From Alphaproteobacteria bacterium (GTDB taxonomy: Bacteria > Pseudomonadota > Alphaproteobacteria > MPNO01), in the NCBI GenBank assembly GCA_965248835.1, contig CBDFLJ010000002.1:2112001-2176000 (forward strand): a DNA stretch of 64,000 bases, given 5' to 3'. Positions within the stretch are counted from its first letter, which is position 1; each line of letters opens with the position of its first letter. A program made the translations under genes and the position numbers. Below, in pieces: positions 1-10,712 of the stretch. The notes below the pieces were generated by a model. That model had not been told where the DNA came from and did not search any database. It was given only the letters and a program-made list of their open reading frames with translations.

Positions 1-2
1 GC

Positions 3-143
3 AACCGGAACGAGGTCTTCACCGGCGGGTACATGTACTACCCCGACAACCCGACCCGGACCTGGGACCAGAGAGAGATCGGCAAGAGCATCTTCTACTA
101 CGAAAAGGAGCTCAACGACCGGTTCCTCGGGCGCGTTACCTGA
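3..143 (+). CDS. 3' end of an unidentified CDS running in from the window edge
   Basis: Open frame NRNEVFTGGYMYYPDNPTRTWDQREIGKSIFYYEKELNDRFLGRVT* with strong GC3 codon bias; family not recognised. Confidence 0.6.
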   Translation, partial: NRNEVFTGGYMYYPDNPTRTWDQREIGKSIFYYEKELNDRFLGRVT

Positions 144-479
144 GAATACGGTCGGCAGGCCGGCGCGGGGAGGAACAGCCGATAGATCTGCCGTGCGCGA
201 TGATCTCCTGTAACCGGGACAGGTTGATCAACATGAAATCGTGCAGCACGACATCGACGGTGATCAGAAGCGGGATCGCCGAGGAAGGCGGTGACCCGCC
301 CGAACGCGCGGTCGAAGCGGTCCATCGGCTCCGTGTTCGCACGGTTCCCAGGTCGGGAACAAACCCTGGAAGCGACGGCCCGGCCGGCCGCCATTGACAG
401 GGCAAGCCGCCCCCTTTAACCGCATCGGCTTGCCGAGATGCAGACCCGGTGTCCCGATCCGAGGACAAGGGAGCAGCCG

Positions 480-2132
480 ATGCCCGAAAAGCCTGCCACG
501 GCAGCGCAGGCGCCTTTGACGCAAAGGCCCGAATGGAAGGCGCTCGCCGCGCATTTCGAGCGGACCCGCGACATCCATCTCCGCACCCTGTTCGTCGAAG
601 ACCCCGGGCGGGGCGAGAAGCTGGCGCTGGAGGCCGCCGGCGTCTATCTCGATTTCTCCAAGAACCGGCTGACCGAGGAGACGCTCGCTCTGCTTTGCGC
701 GCTCGCGGAGTCCTGCGGGCTGAAGGCGCGGATCGACGCCATGTTCGCCGGAGAGCGGATCAACGTCACCGAAGACCGCGCCGTCCTGCATGTCGCGCTG
801 CGGGCACCCCGGGACAGCGCGATCCATGCCGACGGCAAGGACGTCGTGCCGGACGTCCACGCGGTCCTCGACAAGATGGCCGCGTTTGCCGCCCGGCTGC
901 GCAGCGGCGAATGGAAAGGTCATACCGGCAGGCCGATCCGCAACCTGGTCAACATCGGGATCGGCGGTTCCAACCTCGGGCCGATGATGGCCTGTGCGGC
1001 GCTGCGGCCCTTCGGCCTGCACGGGCTCCGCCTCGGGTTCGTCTCCAACATCGACGGTGCCGCCTTCAGCGAGACCGTCGCGGGGCTCGACCCGGCCGAG
1101 ACCCTGTTCATCGTGAGTTCGAAGACCTTCACGACGCTGGAGACGTTGACCAACGCGCATGCCGCCCGGGCGTGGTGCCTGGATGCGCTCGGCGAGGAAG
1201 CGGCGGTCGCCAGGCACTTCGTCGCGGTCTCGAGCAATGCCGCTGAAGTGGCGAAGTTCGGCATCGACACCGCCAACATGTTCGAAATCTGGGACTGGAT
1301 CGGCGGCCGGTACTCGCTCGATTCCGCGATCGGCCTGTCGCTGATGACCGCGGTCGGCGCGGATAACTTCCACGCGATGCTGTCCGGGATGCATGCGATG
1401 GACGAGCATTTCCGCACCGCCCGGTTCGACCGCAACATCCCCGTGCTGCTGGGCCTCATCGGTCTCTGGTATGTCGCCTTCTTCGGTGCGCAGACCCACG
1501 CCGTTCTGCCCTACAGCCACTATCTGGAGCATCTGACCGCCTACCTTCAGCAGCTCGAGATGGAGAGCAACGGCAAGCAGGTCGACCTGAACGGCCGTCG
1601 CCTCGCCTACCCGACCGGGCCGGTCGTCTGGGGGCAGGTCGGCACCGACGGACAGCACGCCTATCACCAACTTCTCCATCAGGGCAGCCCTCTGGTTCCT
1701 TGCGACTTCATCGGCTTCTGCCGGACGCCAAGCCCGGTCGGCCGTCACCATGACCTGCTGATGGCGAACTTCTTCGCCCAGACCGAGTCTCTTGCCTTCG
1801 GCAAGACCGCCGAGGAGGTGCGCGCGGAAGGCGTCGCCGAGCCGCTGATCGCCCACCGCACCTTCGAGGGCAACCGGGTGAGCAACACGATCCTGCTCGA
1901 TGCGCTGAGCCCGGAGAGTTTCGGCAAGCTGATCGCGCTCTACGAGCACAAGGTGTTCGTCCAGGGCGCGCTGTGGAACATCAACAGCTTCGACCAATGG
2001 GGCGTCGAGCTCGGCAAGATCCTCGCCGACCGCATCGTCCCGGAGCTGGAGAGTAAGGCCGAGCCCGCGCTCGACCACGACAGCTCGACGAATGCGCTGA
2101 TCCGCCGCTACCGGGACCGCCGGCTTGCATGA
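480..2132 (+). CDS. pgi: glucose-6-phosphate isomerase
   Basis: Motifs [56 protein letters not shown]; ATG at 480 preceded by GGAG. Confidence 0.97.
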   Translation: MPEKPATAAQAPLTQRPEWKALAAHFERTRDIHLRTLFVEDPGRGEKLALEAAGVYLDFSKNRLTEETLALLCALAESCGLKARIDAMFAGERINVTEDRAVLHVALRAPRDSAIHADGKDVVPDVHAVLDKMAAFAARLRSGEWKGHTGRPIRNLVNIGIGGSNLGPMMACAALRPFGLHGLRLGFVSNIDGAAFSETVAGLDPAETLFIVSSKTFTTLETLTNAHAARAWCLDALGEEAAVARHFVAVSSNAAEVAKFGIDTANMFEIWDWIGGRYSLDSAIGLSLMTAVGADNFHAMLSGMHAMDEHFRTARFDRNIPVLLGLIGLWYVAFFGAQTHAVLPYSHYLEHLTAYLQQLEMESNGKQVDLNGRRLAYPTGPVVWGQVGTDGQHAYHQLLHQGSPLVPCDFIGFCRTPSPVGRHHDLLMANFFAQTESLAFGKTAEEVRAEGVAEPLIAHRTFEGNRVSNTILLDALSPESFGKLIALYEHKVFVQGALWNINSFDQWGVELGKILADRIVPELESKAEPALDHDSSTNALIRRYRDRRLA

Positions 2133-2148
2133 AATGCGGTGACGGCGG

Positions 2149-2335
2149 TCAGGACGGGTCGGTCTGGAGCGGCGCGTTCTCCTGGAAATCCATCATGCGC
2201 CGGAGCAGGCGCTCGGCGAGGTCGGCGCAGGTCTGCCGATGCGCGGATCGGTCCCGGAGGTTCTCGATCTCGTCCGGATCGCCGTTCAGATCGTAGAGCT
2301 CGCCCCAATCGACGCCGCTGTGAACGGTCAGGCGC
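2149..2335 (-). pseudogene. C-terminal fragment of a sulfatase-family hydrolase
   Basis: WGELYDLNGDPDEIENL matches the sulfatase C-terminal ELYDLxxDPxExxNL motif; the N-terminal catalytic region is absent. Confidence 0.65.
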
Positions 2336-2339
2336 CGGC

Positions 2340-2680
2340 CGCGGCGACCACCGCCGCTTTCCGCGGGAGCTACTGGACGCCGGCACAGATGCTGTGCCAC
2401 CACGCGGGTAACGGCTGCGCTCTGGAGCCGGGCGATCTGCTCGGCAGCGGCACCGTCTCGGGGCCGGGCGAGGACTCGCGCGCCTGTCTCGCCGAGATCA
2501 GCGAACTCGGGAAAAGCCGTTCGACATCGACGGTGAAACGCGGACCTGGCTCGAGGATGGCGACGCGGTCAATTTCCGGGCGCGGGCCGCGCGCGAGGGC
2601 TATGTCGGCCTCGGGTTCGGCGAGTGTCGGGGCGAAGTCGCCGCGGCCGCGAGTTGGCCGGGGACCTCCTGATTCGCAGC
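2340..2680 (+). pseudogene. fahA: C-terminal fragment of fumarylacetoacetase, frameshifted
   Basis: YWTPAQMLCHHAGNGCALEPGDLLGSGTVSG, then after a frameshift at ~2515 FDIDGETRTWLEDGD...GLGFGECRG; 5' part missing. Confidence 0.75.
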
Positions 2681-2696
2681 GGCGTTATCCCGTTAT

Positions 2697-3081
2697 TCAC
2701 TTGGAGACCTCCGACAACCGGCGGATCGGGCAGGTCTCGGCCGCGCCCTTGCCCGCCTTGATCGCTGGCTTCTCATCATCGCTGTTGCGCTGCTTGGGCG
2801 CCGACACCAAGGTCTCATCGACGATCTGACCGCCCATCGCCAGACAACCGCTGCGGCGAAGCGCGCCATCGAAGGTTCCGGTCCGGCGTCGGCGCGCCGA
2901 GATCGAAGCCAAGGAAGCGAGGCCAACGCAAACGGTCACGGATCAGAAACTCCATCTGCTCGTCGCTCACAGCGTGCTGCGCGGCCAGAACCAGAATCTT
3001 TAACAGCGTCACCGGATCGCCGGTCGAAGACAGCTTGCGCAAATGATCCGGCAAGCCAAACAGACCAGCCCGTCTCATCAA
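2697..3081 (-). mobile_element. internally deleted IS5-family transposase remnant
   Basis: Pieces KILVLAAQHAVSDEQMEFLIRDRL..RFLGF....PD and MGGQIVD.TLV.APKQRN in different frames; most of the DDE domain is missing. Confidence 0.8.
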
Positions 3082-3356
3082 GACCCCCTCCAGCCAAGCA
3101 GCCGCAGAGAATCACAATGAAGAAAATTCACCATTAAATGGAGGCGTCCATCTGTTCGAACCGGGACAGACTTAAACTCTTGAACGGACACTCTCTTATA
3201 GAATTCTCCAAGAAATAGCATTGGTCGTGAACGGCCGCTCGCCTCGACCACCCGGACAGTGAAGCAACCTCCGGCGCCTATCGCAATCCTCCTCGATGGA
3301 CCGATAGCTTCTCCATGTGATAAGCTTGCTCTTGTCGAAGGGTCGAATGGCTGGGT

Positions 3357-3506
3357 ATGGACGAGATCACCGGGAGGTCGGGGGCCGGGCATTGCCTTGA
3401 CAAACGGCATTGCGAATTGAAGCTGGGTGAGGCAAAGGCCAAGGTCGGCGGAATCGCCTCTGACGAGACGGGGGCGATCGGGGTGGAGCCGTCGGAACTT
3501 GGTTGA
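3357..3506 (+). pseudogene. xseB: degenerate exodeoxyribonuclease VII small subunit
   Basis: [15 protein letters not shown] matches the XseB C-terminus (KxHCExKLxEAxxxV); canonical position upstream of ispA-dxs; N-terminal SFEEAL and YERG segments not recognisable. Confidence 0.6.
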
Positions 3507-4404
3507 ACTCCTGACCGGGACTCGTTTGGCAGAAGCGATCGCCGAGACGGCATCGGTGATGGAGACCGTCCTCGACGCCGAATTGCCGCCGCCGGCCGGC
3601 GCGGGCGCGAGGCTGTTCGAAGCCATGCGCTACGGTACGCTGGGCGGCGGGAAGCGGCTGCGCGCGTTCCTGGTCCGCACCGGGGCGGAGCTCGCAGGGG
3701 CAGACGATCGGGGCGCCCTGCTCGTCGGCGCCGCCGTGGAGATGATCCACGGCTATTCGCTCATCCACGACGACCTGCCGTCGATGGACGATGACGACAT
3801 GCGCCGGGGGAAACCCTCCTGTCACGTCGCCTTCGACGAAGCCACCGCGATCCTTGCCGGCGATGCCCTCCTGACCCTGGCGTTCGAGCTGGCGGCCGAT
3901 CCCAGGGTCCACCCGGATCCTTCGATCCGCTGCGACCTGGTGCGAGCGATGGCGCTGGCGGCTGGGGGCAAGGGAATGGTCGGCGGCCAGATGATCGATC
4001 TGGCTGCCGAGCACAGCGTCGTCGATTACCAGTTGATCGCCATGCTGGAAGGCATGAAGACCGGCGCATTGATCGCTTTCAGTTGCGAGGCCGGTGCGAT
4101 CCTCGCCGGCCGCGACGCGGGGTTCCGCGAATCCGTTCGCGAATACGGGCACGATATCGGCCTTGCCTTCCAGGTGATCGACGACGTTCTGGATGCCACC
4201 GGGGACGAGACCGCGCTCGGCAAGAAGGTCGGCAAGGACGCGGCCGCCGGCAAGGCGACCTTCCTCGCCGCTCTGGGTATGGACGGAGCCAGGCGAGAGG
4301 CGCTCGCCCTGGTCGAGCGCGCCGTCGTCCGTCTCGAAGGGTTCGATGAACGGGCCGACGCTCTGCGCGCCTTCGGCAAGTATGTTCTAACGCGTCGAAG
4401 CTGA
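3427..4404 (+). CDS. ispA: geranyltranstransferase (farnesyl diphosphate synthase); true start probably downstream, ~3499-3559
   Basis: [26 protein letters not shown] (FARM), [15 protein letters not shown] (SARM), [10 protein letters not shown]. Confidence 0.95.
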   Translation: MRQRPRSAESPLTRRGRSGWSRRNLVELLTGTRLAEAIAETASVMETVLDAELPPPAGAGARLFEAMRYGTLGGGKRLRAFLVRTGAELAGADDRGALLVGAAVEMIHGYSLIHDDLPSMDDDDMRRGKPSCHVAFDEATAILAGDALLTLAFELAADPRVHPDPSIRCDLVRAMALAAGGKGMVGGQMIDLAAEHSVVDYQLIAMLEGMKTGALIAFSCEAGAILAGRDAGFRESVREYGHDIGLAFQVIDDVLDATGDETALGKKVGKDAAAGKATFLAALGMDGARREALALVERAVVRLEGFDERADALRAFGKYVLTRRS

Positions 4405-4418
4405 CACCGAGAGCCGCA

Positions 4419-6353
4419 ATGCCTGTCGAGACCCCACATCTGGACCGAGTTAAGGTGCCCGCCGACCTCCGCGAATTGTCGGTCGCGGAGCTGAAGGTGG
4501 TCGCCGAAGAGCTTCGCGCCGAGACGATCGACGCGGTCTCGAGCACCGGTGGCCATCTGGGGGCCGGGCTCGGCGTGGTGGAGCTCACCGTGGCCCTTCA
4601 TCACCTCTTCAATACGCCGGAAGACATACTGGTCTGGGATGTCGGCCATCAATGCTACCCGCATAAGATCCTGACCGGAAGACGTGATCGGATCCGCACA
4701 TTACGCCAAGGCGGCGGCCTTTCGGGGTTCACCAAGCGTTCGGAGAGCGAATACGATCCCTTCGGCGCCGCGCACGCGTCGACCTCGATCTCGGCCGCGC
4801 TCGGATTTGCCGTTTCCCGCGACTTGCAGGGCCGCAAAAACCGCGTCATTGCGGTGATCGGAGACGGTGCGCTGACCGGCGGCATGGCCTACGAGGCGAT
4901 GAACAACGCCGGCTCGATGGACACACCTCTGGTCGTTGTCCTGAACGACAACGACATGTCGATCGCCCCGCCGGTGGGCGCGATGAGCGCTTATCTCTCG
5001 CGACTGATTTCGTCCAAGCGATATCGTTCGCTCCGCGACATCGCGCGCCACGCGGCAGAAAAATTCCCGCGTGCGGTGGAGCGTGGTGTCAAACGGGCGG
5101 AGGAATATGCCCGCGGCCTAGTGACCGGCGGGACACTCTTCGAGGAGCTGGGTTTCTACTACGTGGGGCCGATCGACGGTCATAACCTCGACCATCTTCT
5201 GCCGATCTTAAGGAACGCGCGCGATGACGTCGCCACGGGGCCGATCCTGGTCCACGTCGTTACTCAGAAGGGAAAGGGCTATCCCCCGGCGGAGCAGTCG
5301 GCAGAGAAGTATCACGGCGTGTCCAGTTTTGATGTCGTCACCGGCACGCAGGACAAGCCCAGCTCCAATGCGCCGCCCTTTACCAAAGTCTTCGCCCAGA
5401 GCCTGCTGACAGAGGCGCGGCTGGATGACCGGATCTGCGCGATTACCGCGGCAATGCCTTCGGGCACCGGGATCGATATCTTTCGGGAGGTCTTTCCGGA
5501 GCGATCCTTCGATGTCGGGCTCGCGGAGCAGCACGCGGTGACCTTCGCGGCCGGGCTTGCCGCCGACGGAATGAAACCGTTCGCCGCGATCTATTCGACA
5601 TTCCTGCAGCGCGCCTATGACCAGATCGTTCACGACGTCGGGATTCAAAGCCTTCCCGTCCGCTTTGCCTTGGATCGCGCGGGGCTGGTCGGCGCCGACG
5701 GCCAGACGCATGCCGGCGCCTACGACATCGCTTACCTGGGTTGCCTGCCCGGCTTCGTGCTGATGGCGGCGGCCGATGAGGCCGAGCTGGTTCACATGGT
5801 CCGGACCGCGGTGGCGATCAATGACCGGCCGTGTGCTTTTCGCTATCCGCGAGGCACCGGGTTCGGCGTCACATTGCCCGATCGGGGCGAGATCCTGCAG
5901 ATCGGCAAGGGACGCGTTCTGCGCGAAGGAAACACCGTCGCCATCCTGTCCTATGGTGCAAGATTGCACGAGGCGATGTCCGCAGCCGAGGAGTTGACCC
6001 GTCGCGGCCTGTCGACGACGGTCGCCGATGCCAGGTTCGCGAAGCCTCTGGACGGGGATCTGGTGCGAGAGCTCGCCCGAGAGCACGAGGTTCTCATCAC
6101 CATCGAAGAAGGCGCAATCGGGGGCTTCGGCACGCAAGTGCTGCACTTCCTGGCGGAGAACGGCATTCTGGATCGCGGGCTCAAGATCCGTCCCATGGTG
6201 CTTCCCGATCTCTATTTGGACCATGACAAGCCGCAGCTTCAATACGACGACGCCGGTCTCCAGTCGCGTCATATCTTGGCGACCGCGCTCGACGCATTGG
6301 GGTACGCTCCGGCCGAAAGGATCTTGGAGATTCCCAAAGGGTTGGCACCGTGA
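4419..6353 (+). CDS. dxs: 1-deoxy-D-xylulose-5-phosphate synthase
   Basis: [53 protein letters not shown]. Confidence 0.98.
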   Translation: MPVETPHLDRVKVPADLRELSVAELKVVAEELRAETIDAVSSTGGHLGAGLGVVELTVALHHLFNTPEDILVWDVGHQCYPHKILTGRRDRIRTLRQGGGLSGFTKRSESEYDPFGAAHASTSISAALGFAVSRDLQGRKNRVIAVIGDGALTGGMAYEAMNNAGSMDTPLVVVLNDNDMSIAPPVGAMSAYLSRLISSKRYRSLRDIARHAAEKFPRAVERGVKRAEEYARGLVTGGTLFEELGFYYVGPIDGHNLDHLLPILRNARDDVATGPILVHVVTQKGKGYPPAEQSAEKYHGVSSFDVVTGTQDKPSSNAPPFTKVFAQSLLTEARLDDRICAITAAMPSGTGIDIFREVFPERSFDVGLAEQHAVTFAAGLAADGMKPFAAIYSTFLQRAYDQIVHDVGIQSLPVRFALDRAGLVGADGQTHAGAYDIAYLGCLPGFVLMAAADEAELVHMVRTAVAINDRPCAFRYPRGTGFGVTLPDRGEILQIGKGRVLREGNTVAILSYGARLHEAMSAAEELTRRGLSTTVADARFAKPLDGDLVRELAREHEVLITIEEGAIGGFGTQVLHFLAENGILDRGLKIRPMVLPDLYLDHDKPQLQYDDAGLQSRHILATALDALGYAPAERILEIPKGLAP

Positions 6354-7518
6354 AAGCGTACTCTGTGCATAACTTGTCGGGGTCTTGAATGATGGACGCT
6401 GTCCCTCGGCGTGCAAAGAGGGATAAGCGCCGGCCCGTGCGATGTGCGATACCGACAAGGGTCAGCCGCGCCGACGGAACAGTTGCTCGGCCAAGTTGCC
6501 GAAATATTTCACGCCGCCGTCGGTCGCAAGGTCGGCGGCTAGAACGTCCCACGGCAATCCGGCAGTGATCGGTTTTCCGGCGCCAGCCGTCGGGACTCCC
6601 GGGAGCCATGCGGCGAGCTCCATCACCGTCTCCGGCTCGATGGTCTTGCCCGCGGTGATCTCGACCCCGTAGCCTGTCGGTAGCATCGCCTTGACAGATC
6701 GCATGGGCCGCATTGGGGAGGTCCGCGTGACGGTGCTTGAGGCGATGGAATATAACGCCCTGATGCGCGGGTTTTCCAAGCGGGAACAGACCATCGAACA
6801 GGTGGCGGGCTCCGTATTCGCCGAGAGGCGGCCAGACCAAACTTCCCTCACAAACGCGCAACCTAATGATGTGCCCGACACGGACGCAGAGAACGCGCAC
6901 CGGGGCGCACCGGGAAGTTACATTCGGGGTACGGAGCTTTTGCTCTCGTTGCGGCGCGGTTAAAACCCCCATCGACGTAAAAGACGCGGATAACCTGGTT
7001 GCGCTTGATCGTGGACGCGGGCGGAGGGGAGCCCGCCGGGGCATGGCGTCCGAAGCATCTCCTGCTGGCTTAACACGTCCGACCTCTGCTACAACAACCG
7101 GGTGGAGAAGAACGCCGCGGGCAAGATCCGGCCGATCAGCTTTTCTGGCAGCACGGTAAGCGGGACCTGGGTCGATGTCAGAGCTCACGAGGCGCGTTAC
7201 GAACTTTGCCGTGACATTTCGGGCGATATCTATTGCGAGAACGATCCGGAAGGCGGTGCGTTCACGGCGCCTTGAACATGCAAAACTGATAGACCGAAGA
7301 GCGGAGCGGATAAGGCTTACGCAACAACAGGCAGCCGCCGATCATTTGCGGCCCCGACCTGTCGGGGCGACGGCGGCGCCGCATGCAACGCGTCCGTCGG
7401 ATCCGGTCATCGGACCGAACGTCGGAGGCCGATCATCGGGCGGGGGCATCGCTCTCATCCCGGGCCTGGTTCTTAGCCAACTCTGCCGCGCTTCGGCTTC
7501 GGGCCCCGGGTGAGGAAG

Positions 7519-8925
7519 ATGAAACGGGTCGAGCTCCTGGCTGCGTCCTGTGTGGTGATGACGTGCTGCGCACTGTCGGCGCCCGCGGCCGGGGACGAGC
7601 ATGGCGGAGCGGAGGCTTCGCGCATGGAGCTGACGCTGGATGACGCGATCCGTCTGGCGCTGCGGAACAACCGGAGCCTGCTCGATGCACGCCTCGACCG
7701 CACCCTCGATGTGTTCGCGCTCGACGTGGCCGGCGACCGGTACCGCCCGAAGGCGAGCATCAGGTCGTCGGCGGACGCCGAGAGGGAAGGCGATCCGCGA
7801 GCGAACCTCTCCACCACAGGGAGCATCCGGGTTCCGACCGGCGGCGAGCTCACGCTAGGATGGCGGAAGCCCCTCGCAGGCGGAGGCAACGACTCCGGCG
7901 ATTACAGTCTGGGGTTCTCGCAGCCGCTGCTGAAGGGCTTCGGGATCGCGGTCGACACCGCTCCGCTGCGGATCGCCCGGCTCAGGGAGAAGATCAATAT
8001 CCTGAACTTCAGGGATGCGATCGCCGGGATCGTCGACTCGACGATCCGGAATTGGCGGGACCTGATCCGGGTGAACCGGCAACTGGAGATCGCCGAGGCG
8101 TCCCTCGAGAGGGCTCGGGAGCAACTGAAGGTCAACCGGACGCTGATCAAAGCGGGCCAGATGGCGGAGCGCGAAGTGCTCCAGAGCGAGGCGGAGATCG
8201 CCAACCGGGAGCTCTCGCTGGTGGAGGCGAGGAACGCTCTGATCGAGGCCAATTTCAATTTGATCGACACTCTGGACATCGATAGCGCGACCCTGATCCG
8301 CCCGCTGGAAACGCCGAGGGCTCGGCGGGCGGCGCCCGGCGTGGCGGAGGGCATCGAGGTGGCGCTGCGCAACGCGCCCGACTATTTGCAGGCGCTTCTG
8401 AACGCCGACATCGCCAGGATCGATCTGAAGGTCGCCGAGAACGACCGCCTCTGGGATCTATCGCTGGATACGGATGCGTCGCGTGCCGCCGGCGGCGGCC
8501 CGACCGACTATGCAGCGGGGCTGAGGCTGACGGTTCCGCTGTGGGACCGCTCCCCCCGCCAGGCATGGATGGGGGCCCGGGCCAGTGTCCGGAAGGCCGA
8601 GCGCGGCCTCGTGGAGCGGCGCCAGAAGATCGCCATCGACGTGCGCCAGGCGGTGCATAACGTCGTGGTCGGGCTGCGGCGGATCGAGCTTGCCCGTCAG
8701 GCGCTCGCACTCACGGAACAGAAGCTCGAGATCGAACGGAGCAAGCTGCGCCAGGGCCTGTCGTCAGCCTTCCAGTTGAGCCAGTTCGAAGACGACCTGG
8801 TGGCCGCGCAGAACGCCGAGGTGGACGCGGTCGTCAGCTACGAGAACGCGCTGACCTCGCTGGACCGGACCCTGGGCACGACGCTGGAGACATGGGACAT
8901 CCGCGTGGACCAGGTCGAGCGATGA
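7519..8925 (+). CDS. TolC-family outer membrane efflux/secretion channel
   Basis: Signal peptide, LTLDDAIRLALRNN, QPLLKG, two OEP helical repeats, LTVPLW, C-terminal LDRTLG; first gene of an adaptor/ABC operon. Confidence 0.9.
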   Translation: MKRVELLAASCVVMTCCALSAPAAGDEHGGAEASRMELTLDDAIRLALRNNRSLLDARLDRTLDVFALDVAGDRYRPKASIRSSADAEREGDPRANLSTTGSIRVPTGGELTLGWRKPLAGGGNDSGDYSLGFSQPLLKGFGIAVDTAPLRIARLREKINILNFRDAIAGIVDSTIRNWRDLIRVNRQLEIAEASLERAREQLKVNRTLIKAGQMAEREVLQSEAEIANRELSLVEARNALIEANFNLIDTLDIDSATLIRPLETPRARRAAPGVAEGIEVALRNAPDYLQALLNADIARIDLKVAENDRLWDLSLDTDASRAAGGGPTDYAAGLRLTVPLWDRSPRQAWMGARASVRKAERGLVERRQKIAIDVRQAVHNVVVGLRRIELARQALALTEQKLEIERSKLRQGLSSAFQLSQFEDDLVAAQNAEVDAVVSYENALTSLDRTLGTTLETWDIRVDQVER

Positions 8926-10697
8926 CGGACCGCGGCGTGGACATCCGCGGGAGCGTCCTTGACAACCTGATGGACGGGGTCATGGTGGTCGAGCTCGGCG
9001 GCTCGATCGGGATGTTCAATCCGGCGGCGGGCCGCATTCTCGGCCTCTCTCCCGACGAGGTGGCGGGAAGGACGTTCGCGGAGCTGTTCATCGCCCGCGA
9101 GGGCTTCGACGAGTTCACCGAGCTCATCCTGGACGCCGTCGGGAACAGGGGCGAAGGCGGCCGGCAGGTGGTTGCCCTGCATGCCGGCGGCGAGGCGCGG
9201 TCGCTTTCGGTGGCGACCTCGTATCTCAGATCGACCCGCGACGGCGCCGTCGAGCCGGTCGCCGTGATCGCCGTGTTCAGCGACATCACCGAGGTCCGTG
9301 AACTGCGCGAGACCGAGCTGCGCATGGCCAAGGCGGCGGAGGCGCAGCACGCCGAGCTGCAGACGGCCTACCGGCAGATCGAGGAGCGTAACGAGACGCT
9401 GGCCGCGACGTTGAAGAAGGTCCAGGTGGCGCGGGTGCTGGCAACGGTCCTGGTGATCGGGGTATTCCTGGGGGCCGGGGTCTACACTTGGAAACCCCTC
9501 GACCTGTTCGGCGGCTCATCGACACCGGCCGTCGTGTCGTCGGCCGATGCCGGCGTTGGCGAAGGCCAGCGCACGATGGAGGTCGAGCCGCGGCCGGTGC
9601 GCACGACGATCTCGCTGGTGGGCAAGCTGGCGCCCTGGCGCAAGGTGAGCGTCACGAGCCCGGTCGAAAGCCGCATCGGGAAGGTGCACTTCCAGTACGG
9701 CCAGAAGGTCGTGAAGGGCACGCTTCTGGTTGAACTGGACATCGCCGAGACCAATCGCGAGTACCGCGAGGCCCGGGTTGCTTATATCGACGCGCTGAAG
9801 AAGTTCGAGGCCATCGAGGATTGGGAGAACGGCCCCGAGATGGCCGACGCCCGGCGGTCGTTCACCCGGGCGAAGCTGGAGCTCGAGAGTCAGGAGAACC
9901 GGCTGAAGCGGACCGCGTTCCTTCTGAAGCAGGGGCTGGTCGCCTCCTCCGAGCACGAGGACGCGCAGCGGCAATATCGGGGCCAGCAACTGGACGTCGA
10001 GGCGGCTCGGCAGGACTTCGAGGCGGCGCGGGCCAGGGGCGGTCAGGAGGCGCGGGACAAGGCCGAGCTGGAGCTGGGCATTGCCCGCGAGAAGATGCGC
10101 GAGCTCGAGCAGAGCCTGCAGCGGAGCGCGATCCATGCGCCGCTCACCGGCGTCGTCCTCGCGCCGGCCGGGGTCGGCGACAGCAGTCTCACCGCGGGCA
10201 AGTCGGTCGAGAGGGGCGGGGTGCTGCTGACGATCGGCGACTTCGCGCGCATCTCTGCGGTTACCAAGGTCGACGAGGTGGATGTTGTGCGAATCAAGGC
10301 CGGCCAGGCGGTTTCGGTCACCGGCAACGCCTTTCCCGGCTTGACGCTGGGAGGAATTGTGACCCACGTCTCGTCGCAGGCGGAGGCGCGGTCGCGGGGC
10401 GCGCCCGAGTTCAGCGTGGTCGTGACGCTCGATCCTCTCGAGGCTGCGCAGCAGGGGCGGCTGCGGGCCGGGATGTCGAGCAATCTGAAAATCGTGGTCT
10501 ACCGGAACGACACCGCCCTGCTGGTCCCGATCGACGCCGTGGAACGGCACGGCAGGAAGCACCGGTTGCGGGTGGTCGACCGGGAGACCGGCGAGGCGCG
10601 GGCGCGCGAGGTCGAGCTCGGCCCCACCACTCTGGACTCGGTCGAGATCGTCGCCGGCCTCAAGCCCGGCGACGAGATCGTGGTGCCGGCGAACTGA
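8922..10697 (+). CDS. PAS domain-fused periplasmic adaptor (membrane fusion protein, MacA/HlyD family)
   Basis: N-terminal LDNLMDGVMVV...FNPAAGRILG...VFSDITE (PAS), coiled coil, TM helix VLATVLVIGVFLGAGVYTW, then adaptor motifs IHAPLTGVV, VDEVDV..IK.GQ.V, LRAGMS, GLKPGDEIV; ATGA overlap with the TolC gene. Confidence 0.88.
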   Translation: MTDRGVDIRGSVLDNLMDGVMVVELGGSIGMFNPAAGRILGLSPDEVAGRTFAELFIAREGFDEFTELILDAVGNRGEGGRQVVALHAGGEARSLSVATSYLRSTRDGAVEPVAVIAVFSDITEVRELRETELRMAKAAEAQHAELQTAYRQIEERNETLAATLKKVQVARVLATVLVIGVFLGAGVYTWKPLDLFGGSSTPAVVSSADAGVGEGQRTMEVEPRPVRTTISLVGKLAPWRKVSVTSPVESRIGKVHFQYGQKVVKGTLLVELDIAETNREYREARVAYIDALKKFEAIEDWENGPEMADARRSFTRAKLELESQENRLKRTAFLLKQGLVASSEHEDAQRQYRGQQLDVEAARQDFEAARARGGQEARDKAELELGIAREKMRELEQSLQRSAIHAPLTGVVLAPAGVGDSSLTAGKSVERGGVLLTIGDFARISAVTKVDEVDVVRIKAGQAVSVTGNAFPGLTLGGIVTHVSSQAEARSRGAPEFSVVVTLDPLEAAQQGRLRAGMSSNLKIVVYRNDTALLVPIDAVERHGRKHRLRVVDRETGEARAREVELGPTTLDSVEIVAGLKPGDEIVVPAN

Positions 10698-10712
10698 GCC
10701 GGGGGCGCCGCG

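Noticed and set aside
264-2078. Long antisense ORFs (e.g. 264-2078, 18027-20576, 39916-42594, 57128-60403) and many Arg/Pro-rich alternative-frame ORFs
   Set aside because: Shadow ORFs of high-GC genes; they overlap well-supported CDSs and have no motifs.
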